Made by a program: the position numbers and the translations under genes
Origin: an uncultured Lentisphaeraceae bacterium
GTDB lineage: Bacteria > Verrucomicrobiota > Kiritimatiellia > RFP12 > UBA1067
DNA: 64,000 bases
Assembly: GCA_964406095.1 (NCBI GenBank)
Contig: CAYOQJ010000039.1
Span: forward strand, 24,139-88,138
Reading direction: 5' to 3'
Shown here: positions 27,117 to 35,507 of the stretch, piece after piece
How the letters are laid out: each line of letters begins with the position of its first letter
How positions within the stretch are numbered: the stretch's first letter is position 1
The notes under the pieces: generated by a model
Told to the model about the DNA's origin: nothing
Database searches by the model: none
What the model saw: the letters and a program-made list of their open reading frames with translations, nothing else

Positions 27117-28131
27117 GTATTGCATAGACCCTTGCGCAACGCTGTTGGAGGCGATGATCCGGATTGACGAAACAGCTACTGCCAGCGCTGTTGTGTGCAG
27201 CGATGGGATTGTGAAGGGAATTATTACAGATGGCGATATCCGCAGAGCTATCATCAAAGGGGCCTCTTTGCATGAGGCAATCAAACCGTATTACACCGCT
27301 GATTTCATCTCTGTCGGTCCGGAAGCGACCCGCTCCGATGTTCTGTCGTTGATGCAGGCCCATTTTATCGGGCAGATACCAATTGTTGATTCCAGGGGAC
27401 ATTTGCAGGGTATTCACACTCTGCACTGTCTGCTTGGCAGTGATATAAAACCTAATGCCGCCGTAATTATGGCTGGCGGCAAAGGTACGCGACTGGGCAA
27501 ATTGACGGAAAAAATTCCCAAGCCGATGTTAAAGGTCGCCGGACGCCCGATTTTGGAACATTTGATTCTTCACTTGATCAGCTATGGAATCAGAACTGTG
27601 TATATCGCGATCAATCACCTTTCTCATGTGATCGAGGAATATTTTGAAGATGGTGGAAAATGGGGATGCTCTATAGCATATCTGAAAGAGAGTTTTCCGC
27701 TTGGTTCGGGAGGTGCACTTGCCCTGCTGCCTGCTTCCATATCAGATGCTGTTGTCCTTTTGAACGGCGATGTGATGCTGGAAGCGAATATTGCGCAGAT
27801 GCTTTCATTTCACGAAAAGCATGATTATTATGCCACGATGGGAATTCATTATTACTCGCATGAGGTGCCGTTCGGTTGTGTTGAGTTTGATAACGGGCGC
27901 ATCACCGATCTTAATGAAAAACCTCTGATAACAAAGTGTGTTAATGCCGGTGTGTATGTTCTCTCTCCGGCGGCACTGGCGGAAATTCCATGCGATGAGT
28001 TCTACCCGATCACAAAACTTTTTGAGATCGCTCTGAAGAAGGATTTGGCTTTAGGCGCGTATCCGCTGGACGGCGACTGGTTTGATATCGGTCTGCCGGA
28101 TCAACTCAAACAGGTTAGAGGACAAATTTAG
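27106..28131 (+). CDS. CBS-pair + sugar-phosphate nucleotidyltransferase (PtmE-like)
   Basis: The N-terminal ~110 aa form a CBS pair (GIITDGDIRRAI, QIPIVDSRGHLQGIHT). This is followed by MAGGKGTRLGKLTEKIPKPML, the classic nucleotidyltransferase G-loop. Confidence 0.75.
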   Translation: MYSKYCIDPCATLLEAMIRIDETATASAVVCSDGIVKGIITDGDIRRAIIKGASLHEAIKPYYTADFISVGPEATRSDVLSLMQAHFIGQIPIVDSRGHLQGIHTLHCLLGSDIKPNAAVIMAGGKGTRLGKLTEKIPKPMLKVAGRPILEHLILHLISYGIRTVYIAINHLSHVIEEYFEDGGKWGCSIAYLKESFPLGSGGALALLPASISDAVVLLNGDVMLEANIAQMLSFHEKHDYYATMGIHYYSHEVPFGCVEFDNGRITDLNEKPLITKCVNAGVYVLSPAALAEIPCDEFYPITKLFEIALKKDLALGAYPLDGDWFDIGLPDQLKQVRGQI

Positions 28132-28143
28132 AGGTGCTGAAAA

Positions 28144-29028
28144 ATGCTGAATAGTTGGAAGCTGAAAAGAAAAATCAGGAGTGAATCTGCAAAATCCAGG
28201 GCCGTCCAGCGCGAAGTCTGTAGCCTTTTAAATACAGAACCCGCGACGTTTAAGAAGTTGCAGGGGTGTAAACGTTCAGATACCATCTTTATTTTTGGTT
28301 CCGGAGCAACAGTTGCTTGCCTGGGAAACCGGGCGTGGCAAGAGGTTGCCGGGCATGACTCCATCGGAGTGAACAGCTGGGTGGTTCATCCCCATGTGCC
28401 CAGTTATTACGCCTTTGAAACTCCAAGCATTGCCGAATATAAATTTCTCATCCTCGAGAACTTGAAGGCCAGAGCGGATGACTATAAAAATACCGCGGTT
28501 ATTATGAAGGCGGAGACCGGGTATGATGTGGATGTTCTTAATTATATAGCTGAATTGGTGGATAGGTATGAATTGTCGATCTCGGTTCCTGCCTACTACA
28601 CAGTTGCCGATCAGTCTCAGCTTGAGCTTCTTTTCAAGAATTACGAAGCCATAAAAAAAGGCTTTAACAAATTGGGTTACGATTTGTTTTTCCGAAAACG
28701 CGCCAGCATGGTTTTCGCGTCCATGCTGGCATATGATTTGGGATATCGGGATATTGTCTTTTGTGGTGTTGATGGTTTTGCCGGTTCGGGATATTTTTAT
28801 CAGACCATGAACAGAGCGGAACTTGCCGACAATGTGACCATACCTCCCACTTCAGGACAGAGAGCGGGGGCACTGCACAAAACTATGGATTACACCATCA
28901 ATCCCTTGACTGTGGAGCTCTGTTTACGTTTGATGTACGAGCATCTCTGCAAACGCAACCAGGTAAGAATGTGGGTCGGCACTCCAGAATCAATGCTTTC
29001 AGAGTGGATGCCTGCGTGGAAATGGTGA
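28144..29028 (+). CDS. candidate nonulosonic-acid transferase (Cst-II/GT42-like or DUF115/Maf-like pattern)
   Basis: TIFIFGSGATV...DSIGVNSW and RASMVFASMLAYDLGYRDIVFCGVDGFAGSGYFYQ...ALHKTMDY parallel the Campylobacter Cst-II blocks VIIAGNGPSL...DVFRCN and ITSGVYMCAVAIALGYKEIYLSGIDFYQNGSSYAF...HS as I remember them. It is the last gene of the NulO operon. Confidence 0.4.
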   Translation: MLNSWKLKRKIRSESAKSRAVQREVCSLLNTEPATFKKLQGCKRSDTIFIFGSGATVACLGNRAWQEVAGHDSIGVNSWVVHPHVPSYYAFETPSIAEYKFLILENLKARADDYKNTAVIMKAETGYDVDVLNYIAELVDRYELSISVPAYYTVADQSQLELLFKNYEAIKKGFNKLGYDLFFRKRASMVFASMLAYDLGYRDIVFCGVDGFAGSGYFYQTMNRAELADNVTIPPTSGQRAGALHKTMDYTINPLTVELCLRLMYEHLCKRNQVRMWVGTPESMLSEWMPAWKW

Positions 29029-29067
29029 AAAGCGCTCGATCCCTTTGCTGCTGTGATAACAGCGTCA

Positions 29068-30114
29068 TCATGTTTGACGGTTTTTATGCAGAAAGACGCG
29101 GCAGAGGATATCCGCGGCTTTGTGGGGGAGTTTGTTTTGACGGCTTGGCGGGCTTGATAATTGGCCTTGATGAAAAAGTTGCGTTATGAGCTTTGCAATA
29201 TTCTCGTATGAAAGAGGTTCCTGATATGGCGCAGGTGCGGCTGATGCCGGTATCGGGAATAACTTCTCCAAGTTGCCCAGGAAATAACGTTTCGCAACCT
29301 TCTGATTGGATAATTGATACCGTCGCAGAAATATCATCCGCTCCTCAATCGTGAAAAATCCGAAGGGGATGCCTCTGCCTTTCGGCATTGTCGCTTGAAG
29401 CGCACGTCGCAGTATTACTCTCTCTTCTTTATCAAGAAATGGATTACATGTTCTGGCTATCTCGAGTGCCTTGCGGGAGTAGCTGGGATTGTTATCATTT
29501 AAATTCAAAGCCTTTAACGACGGGCTGTTTATTATTTTCCCGAAGTCTTTCAGCAAACCTTGAGAGGCAGCAGCGTGGTAAGATTTGACGATCACATTCC
29601 GGTCACCGAAATAGTTGCGCAGATTGCTCAGCATACGGTCATAATCAAGCGCATCAGAGGTATCAAAGTTCTTTAAGAATTCGGGGAATGACAGATTGAG
29701 TCCTTCATGGATCATCTGGGTATACATTGATTCTACAAAACTGTCCTGGCGACGCAGATAGATTATGATTTTAACATTCAAGTGCTCTGTCGCATCACGC
29801 AGCATCGCGCAAACGGGAGCGTTGTTCACATAGCCCCTGACTGGAAATCCACTTAACGACTCGCTGCTCAAAATCACATTGTCGGCGCGGTGGCCGACAT
29901 TTTTCCGAATTGATTTATCGAGCTCTCTCCTGAGTTGCGCAACAAGAGGTTTGTCATACCTTTCAGATTGCTGCAACTGTCCAGCTGTTTCAGGCATCCC
30001 GATACGTTGCCACCCCTCTTTTTTTCTGGTTGTCTTAGGTATGCTTCGTAACGCCTGCTGAATGGTTGTCGTTCCCGTCTTATGTGTTCCGATATGGATA
30101 TAGATATCGCTCAT
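29068..30114 (-). CDS. sulfotransferase-fold-like protein
   Basis: N-terminal IYIHIGTHKTGTTTIQQAL resembles the PAPS 5'-phosphosulfate-binding loop (PKxGTTxL). ATG 30114 is preferred over the longer track ORF (to 30186). Confidence 0.35.
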   Translation of the reverse strand: MSDIYIHIGTHKTGTTTIQQALRSIPKTTRKKEGWQRIGMPETAGQLQQSERYDKPLVAQLRRELDKSIRKNVGHRADNVILSSESLSGFPVRGYVNNAPVCAMLRDATEHLNVKIIIYLRRQDSFVESMYTQMIHEGLNLSFPEFLKNFDTSDALDYDRMLSNLRNYFGDRNVIVKSYHAAASQGLLKDFGKIINSPSLKALNLNDNNPSYSRKALEIARTCNPFLDKEERVILRRALQATMPKGRGIPFGFFTIEERMIFLRRYQLSNQKVAKRYFLGNLEKLFPIPASAAPAPYQEPLSYENIAKLITQLFHQGQLSSPPSRQNKLPHKAADILCRVFLHKNRQT

Positions 30115-30192
30115 TTTTCTGTTTCTCCACATCCTTACGCACCCACTGTTTTCACACCGTTTCATAAAACTTCTGACAGTTTGCATCCTGGC

Positions 30193-30954
30193 TTACATGC
30201 GCCAGTGCTCTTTGACAAAGGGAGCATGTCTCCACCTTCCGAACCGTTTTTCGGCAACCTGAAGAGGAGAGGGATCGCCATGGAATGAAACGAGAGCGGC
30301 CTCATTCGGAACAACAGCACAGCCGAATTTGGCGGTGTTGACGATTTCTCGGCCGCAAATTTTCAGAACTCTGCCTTTAGCTTTGCAGTGACGTTTGTAT
30401 GAAACCACTTTGTTTTCCGGGAAGTGTTCAAAAGTTTCAAAGTGAGAGTTGAGCCAGTTCTGCTCGCCGACCAGTCGGTTTTTACCATGAAAGCAGTCGA
30501 TCGCCTTCTCAGGGTCAACAATAAAATCATTCCAGATTTCGGTATGCGATCCGACCTTGAGTCGGTAAAGGCTGCCGCTTCCCCGTGTTCCACCTTTAAC
30601 CCAGTTCTTTGCGATGATAAAATTTTTCTCCGGACGCTCGGCAAGAAAGTCGAGTGAACCCGTTATTACCACGTCAATATCGATGCTGACAACGAACTCT
30701 CCCTGCAATCCCAGGAAATTATTCTGAAAAGTCATTAGCTTCCGCCAGATACCCTCGAATCCAAAATCAGGGAGTTCATGAACCTTGATCTCCGCGGCAA
30801 GTCCGTCGCTGGAATCCGTAATACAATGAAATGTATGTGGCCACGATAAATGCCTGGCGACCATTGCCGCGAGAATATTGACATATTCAGCTGAGTAAAG
30901 CGTTCCCCATTTATAGCAGATTATATGCAGCGTTTGAATTGGTCGACTCCCCAT
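30193..30954 (-). CDS. putative glycosyltransferase (GT-A-like, DxD)
   Basis: 253 aa. The N-terminal block is LHIICYKWGTLYSAEYVNILAAMVARHL. A candidate DxD lies in VVSIDIDVVITG. It sits 3 nt downstream of hisS on the same strand. Confidence 0.35.
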   Translation of the reverse strand: MGSRPIQTLHIICYKWGTLYSAEYVNILAAMVARHLSWPHTFHCITDSSDGLAAEIKVHELPDFGFEGIWRKLMTFQNNFLGLQGEFVVSIDIDVVITGSLDFLAERPEKNFIIAKNWVKGGTRGSGSLYRLKVGSHTEIWNDFIVDPEKAIDCFHGKNRLVGEQNWLNSHFETFEHFPENKVVSYKRHCKAKGRVLKICGREIVNTAKFGCAVVPNEAALVSFHGDPSPLQVAEKRFGRWRHAPFVKEHWRM

Positions 30955-30957
30955 AGA

Positions 30958-32235
30958 TCAACTACTTCCGCTGAGAGATATTTGCCTTTGATGGCGGGTT
31001 GCAAGATTCTTGCGATAGGCAAAACCGCGTTCAACGTCGTCCGGGCCGATGAAAACGGCCTCGGCGGCATTGCTGTTGCCAGCACGTGTGAAAAACTGTT
31101 TTGGCTTTAGTGCTGTCAGCATCAGATCAACATTGCAACCCTGACGCCTCAGGCTGTCCGCAAGCCGCATGGCACTGCAGCGTTGTTCCGGAAACATATA
31201 ACCGACAATCACACCGCTGCGTTTATCCGCCTCGGTCGCGCTTTGATATTCATTGAGAATCTCCATGATTACAACGTCGCCGAAACCGAGACCGACGGCC
31301 GGAGTAGGTGCGCCCCCCACAGCCGTCAGCAGATTGTCATAACGACCGCCGCCGAAGAGTGCACGAAACTGCCTTTTCGTGTCGAATGCTTCAAAGACAA
31401 TGCCGGTGTAATAGGCCAGACCGCGGATAATCGAGATGTCGAAGCGCAGATTTGCGGAAATCCCGTAGATTTCCGCCAGTTCGAAAAGTTCTTTCAAGGC
31501 TGCTATGGCGGGCGACTCCGGGCCGGCCAGTTCAGCAGCCTGCTCAAGCGATTCAACGGCCAGCAGGTTGAAGGTCTCTGTAATTGCCTGAGCTGGCAGA
31601 TTTTCCTTTTCAAGCAGCGCCTTGATTTCGTCGTCATCTATTTTGCCACGCTTGTCCAGGGCCAGGAAAACTGCAGCATGATGATTTTCAGAGATGCCGG
31701 ATTTAGCCAGCAGTTCCGCGAGCAAAGCGCGGTTGTTGATGTGGATATTGTAGATATTATCGGTTAGACCCATCTCCCTGAGCGCTGCAACCGCGGCAGT
31801 CAGAATTTCGAGTTCGGCGGAGAGGGCGGATTCTCCGATGATGTCCAGGTTCCATTGATAGTGCTCGCGCTTGCGTCCGCGGGTCATGCGTTCATAGCGG
31901 AAGCACTGTGCGAGCGTGAACCATTTGAGCGGGAATTTAAGAGCCCCCTGCCGGGCGGCGATCATGCGTGCCAGAGTTGGAGTCATCTCCGGCCGCAGCG
32001 CCAGCCTGCGACCGCTTTTATCCTCGAAATGATATATCTGCTCGGCCACCTCCTCGCCGCTTTTACGCTGTAGCAGTTCAAGTGATTCGACCACACAGGC
32101 ATCATAAGGTTCAAAGCCGTAAGCAAGCGCAGCTCGGCGCCAGGCATCGAAGACGAGATTGCGCTGCCGCATATCCGCAGGATAAAAGTCGCGCATACCG
32201 CGCGGCGGAGCGAAAGAAGTTTTGGGTTTGTTCAT
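30958..32235 (-). CDS. hisS: histidine--tRNA ligase
   Basis: PRGMRDFYP, LRPEMTPTLARM and CFRYERMTRGRKREHYQWNLDIIG, the class II HisRS motifs. Confidence 0.95.
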   Translation of the reverse strand: MNKPKTSFAPPRGMRDFYPADMRQRNLVFDAWRRAALAYGFEPYDACVVESLELLQRKSGEEVAEQIYHFEDKSGRRLALRPEMTPTLARMIAARQGALKFPLKWFTLAQCFRYERMTRGRKREHYQWNLDIIGESALSAELEILTAAVAALREMGLTDNIYNIHINNRALLAELLAKSGISENHHAAVFLALDKRGKIDDDEIKALLEKENLPAQAITETFNLLAVESLEQAAELAGPESPAIAALKELFELAEIYGISANLRFDISIIRGLAYYTGIVFEAFDTKRQFRALFGGGRYDNLLTAVGGAPTPAVGLGFGDVVIMEILNEYQSATEADKRSGVIVGYMFPEQRCSAMRLADSLRRQGCNVDLMLTALKPKQFFTRAGNSNAAEAVFIGPDDVERGFAYRKNLATRHQRQISLSGSS

Positions 32236-32285
32236 GTTGGTTTATGAAATAAGTCTACACAAAGGTAATCAATGCCCTGACAACC

Positions 32286-32633
32286 TCACAATGGGGTGGG
32301 CTCCGGGTTGTTGAGCATCTCACGCATGCGTTTGCCGGGTTTGAATTTAATAACCTGACGGTTGGGGATGCGCACTTCATTCTCAGGTTTATTCGGATTC
32401 CTGCCGATACGGCCTTTGCGGGTCACCTTCTCAAAAACACCAAAATCGCGGAATTCGACATGTTTGTCCTGATTGAGGGCATCGACAATACCGTCCAGCA
32501 CCAGTTGCACAATCATGTGAATCTGCTGATGTGACAAATTTGTGTCGGTCACACCCTGGTGGGCCGCAATCCAGGCCACAAGCTCCTTTTTTGTCAACGA
32601 AACCCCGGGCTCAAATTTAATCTCTTTGTTCAT
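32286..32633 (-). CDS. HU/IHF-family DNA-binding protein
   Basis: 115 aa. The DNA-binding arm is FGVFEKVTRKGRIGRNPNKPENEVRIPNRQVIKFKPGK. Confidence 0.85.
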   Translation of the reverse strand: MNKEIKFEPGVSLTKKELVAWIAAHQGVTDTNLSHQQIHMIVQLVLDGIVDALNQDKHVEFRDFGVFEKVTRKGRIGRNPNKPENEVRIPNRQVIKFKPGKRMREMLNNPEPTPL

Positions 32634-32671
32634 AATAATTTCTCCTGTTTTTTTACCTTATGGGAAAGATA

Positions 32672-34390
32672 TTACGCCTTACATGCCGCTTTGAGTTGCT
32701 GCACCATATTCAGAATACCGGCGGCAACTTGGTCGGGCGGAAGATTCAGCATCTCTCCGTCGCGGCGTGCCTTTATTTCGACACGGTTTTCCGAGAGTCC
32801 GCGCGAACCGACAACCACACGGATGGGGCAGCCGATCAGGTCGGCATCCTTGAATTTCACGCCGGGCCTTTCATTGCGGTCATCAATGAATACATCAAGG
32901 TTGCTGGCGGTCAATTCCCGATCCAGAGCACTGACAATTTTATTGACGCTACTGTTCGCGGGGTCCAGATTGAGTATGGTGACGGCGAAGGGGGCGGTTG
33001 AAATTGGCCAGATGATGCCATCTTTGTCATTATTCTGCTCGATCACAGCCTGTAGGGTACGGGTAACTCCGATGCCGTAGCAGCCCATAACCATCAGAAG
33101 ACTCTCTCCAGCGGCATTCAGATAAGTTGCGTCGAAAGACTCGGAGTATTTGGTGCCGAGTTTGAAGACATGCCCGACCTCGATACCCCGTTTCATCTGC
33201 ATTTCAGCTCCGCAACGAGGGCAGCTGTCACCAGCGGTGACGGTTACGATGTCCTCAAAAATTTCAATTTTCGTGTCGCGGTTGATATCAACATTCCTGA
33301 TGTGCGTATCGGCTTTGTTAGCGCCGGTGATCAGGCCGGAGGCGTTCCTGAGCGAATTGTCGGCGTAAACTCTGATGCCCATTCCGACCGGTCCGGCAAA
33401 GCCGACCGGCGCTCCGGTTGCTTGCAGAATCGCAGCTTCATCGGCCGGTTCCAGAGTTTTCGCTCCCAGCAGCCGTTTGAATTTATGTTCATTCAGATCG
33501 CGGTTGCCGGGCAGGATGGCGGCGACAGTTTCACCGTCGGCCACATAAATCAGGGTTTTGATAAAGTGTGCGGCATCACATTCCAGAAAGGCGACCAACT
33601 GATCGATTGTTCTGACCTCGGGGGTTGCGATTTCCTCAATGGCCGGGCCTGCCGTTGGCGAACACGCTTCGACCCGGCGTTCAGCGCGTTCCTGGTTGGC
33701 GGCGTAGCCACAGGAGGCACACTCGATAATGCCGTCTTCACCGGATTCGGCCGGCACCATGAACTCGTGGGACCATTTGCCGCCGATATCACCGGTATCG
33801 GCTTCAACCGGGTGGGTGCTGAGTCCGCAACGTTGGAAAATTCTGACATAAGCGTCATACATAGCCTGATAGGATGCGTCGGCTGCTTCGAGGGTGGTGT
33901 CGAAGCTGTAAGCATCCTTCATGATGAACTCTTTGGCTCGCATGAGTCCGAAACGGGGCCGGATTTCATCGCGAAACTTTGTCTGAATCTGATAGACGGT
34001 GCAGGGTAGCTGACGGTAGGAGTTGATTTCACCCGAGAGCAGCTCGGTGACAACCTCCTCATGGGTCGGTCCAAGGGCCATCAGACGCTCAGCTCTGTCG
34101 CTGAGTTTGAACATACCCGCACCCATGGTGTCGAGGCGTCCGGAACGCTGCCAGAGTTCGGCGGGTTGCAGAGCCGGCATGAGAATCTCCTGTGCTCCGG
34201 CGCGGTTCATCTCTTTGCGTATGATTGCGCTGATCTTATGCAGTGAACGTAGACCTAAAGGCATAAATGTGTAGAGCCCGCCAGCGAGCTTGCGTGTAAG
34301 GCCCGCACGGATCATCAGTTTGTGACTGTTGATTTCGGCATCCTGCGGGTTGTCACGCAGGGTTGTTAAAAGTGTTTGCGACCAGCGCAT
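32672..34390 (-). CDS. proS: proline--tRNA ligase (bacterial type with INS editing domain)
   Basis: MRWSQTLLTTLRDNPQDAEINSHKLMIRAG..., QIQTKFRDEIRPRFGLMRAKEF, C-terminal anticodon-binding domain; 572 aa. Confidence 0.95.
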   Translation of the reverse strand: MRWSQTLLTTLRDNPQDAEINSHKLMIRAGLTRKLAGGLYTFMPLGLRSLHKISAIIRKEMNRAGAQEILMPALQPAELWQRSGRLDTMGAGMFKLSDRAERLMALGPTHEEVVTELLSGEINSYRQLPCTVYQIQTKFRDEIRPRFGLMRAKEFIMKDAYSFDTTLEAADASYQAMYDAYVRIFQRCGLSTHPVEADTGDIGGKWSHEFMVPAESGEDGIIECASCGYAANQERAERRVEACSPTAGPAIEEIATPEVRTIDQLVAFLECDAAHFIKTLIYVADGETVAAILPGNRDLNEHKFKRLLGAKTLEPADEAAILQATGAPVGFAGPVGMGIRVYADNSLRNASGLITGANKADTHIRNVDINRDTKIEIFEDIVTVTAGDSCPRCGAEMQMKRGIEVGHVFKLGTKYSESFDATYLNAAGESLLMVMGCYGIGVTRTLQAVIEQNNDKDGIIWPISTAPFAVTILNLDPANSSVNKIVSALDRELTASNLDVFIDDRNERPGVKFKDADLIGCPIRVVVGSRGLSENRVEIKARRDGEMLNLPPDQVAAGILNMVQQLKAACKA

Positions 34391-34563
34391 TATTGGCAGT
34401 CCTTCCTAACTTTCGCATTGATAAGAAATTAAACACTCATTTCAACTCAAATCCGTAAATTTTTCAAGGGAAAAATACAAAATAAAAACGCTTGCCATAA
34501 ATCCCAATAAAAGCGACAATAAAAGGATGCTAAAAGGCGGATCAGATGCGTGTTAGGAGTGTT

Positions 34564-35439
34564 ATGATTCTGAGAAGAGATGGATTTACCTTAATTGAGC
34601 TGCTGGTGGTAATGTCAATTATCGGTATCCTGGCGGCCGCGTTGACGGTGAGTATGCCCAAAGTGGCTGAGCGTGCGCGTGATATGAAATGCAAGACCAA
34701 TCTGAGGAATATCGGTCAGGCCGCGCTGGCCTATGCGGTTAATGTTGAGCACTTTCCGCACGCCTACTCGGGAGAGACCCGTAATTACGAGCCGGGTCGG
34801 GGAGTTCGTTACGGAGAGGTCAAAGCGTGGGTGAACTGGACCGGTAATGGTGTTTGGCCGAATTACAGCCCGCAGAAGTCCATGATGGCGACCCCGATAC
34901 TCACCGGCGACCTAGGTTATGAAGCGATTACGAATGGGGTTTTGTGGGACTACATCGGCAAGGATGCATCATCCTATCTGTGCCCGGCCTTTAAAAAGCA
35001 GGCCGTTGCGCAAGGATTGACCGATATCTGGCGTTCGTATGTGATGAATCGTTTTTTTCACTGGCATAACGGCGACGGCAACGCCTTTTTCTGGCACAGC
35101 GATTTTACCAGAGAGCGCAATTTTACCACCAATAACGGAAAACCTCCGATCCAGCGCAGCGCCGAAACCATTCTGATGTTTGCCGAACTGCCAGCAGAGC
35201 AGATCGACACCTCGACCGATGGCGGTGACGGCGTTCTGGATCCCTACGGCAAGAATGAGCATATCGGCTTTAATCACCGGGTAGGCAAGCGCAATATATC
35301 GCATCTCGTTTATGCCGACGGACATGTGGGGGTTCTGCTTGAGCCTTCGGGGGGTTCGCCGCAGGAGCTGGTCAATCTCACCAAGCAACTCTGTCACGGT
35401 GAGCCGCTGGATCGCAGCATGATGCAACAAATGCGCTAG
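34564..35439 (+). CDS. prepilin-type N-terminal cleavage/methylation-domain protein (DUF1559-like pseudopilin)
   Basis: Class III signal peptide ...RRDG|FTLIELLVVMSIIGILAA, with Glu at +5. The C-terminal segment NISHLVYADGHVGVL resembles the H-X9-DG-type end of this family. An alternative ATG lies at 34546. Confidence 0.8.
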   Translation: MILRRDGFTLIELLVVMSIIGILAAALTVSMPKVAERARDMKCKTNLRNIGQAALAYAVNVEHFPHAYSGETRNYEPGRGVRYGEVKAWVNWTGNGVWPNYSPQKSMMATPILTGDLGYEAITNGVLWDYIGKDASSYLCPAFKKQAVAQGLTDIWRSYVMNRFFHWHNGDGNAFFWHSDFTRERNFTTNNGKPPIQRSAETILMFAELPAEQIDTSTDGGDGVLDPYGKNEHIGFNHRVGKRNISHLVYADGHVGVLLEPSGGSPQELVNLTKQLCHGEPLDRSMMQQMR

Positions 35440-35507
35440 ACGGTTGGTATATTTTATGCTTTTACAGTTTTAAGGAACCTGAATCATAGATAGTGTGGAT
35501 TATTGTT

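Noticed and set aside
33170-34009. 279-aa plus-strand ORF inside proS
   Set aside because: It is antisense to an unambiguous proS. The composition is not protein-like, with no RBS and no motif.
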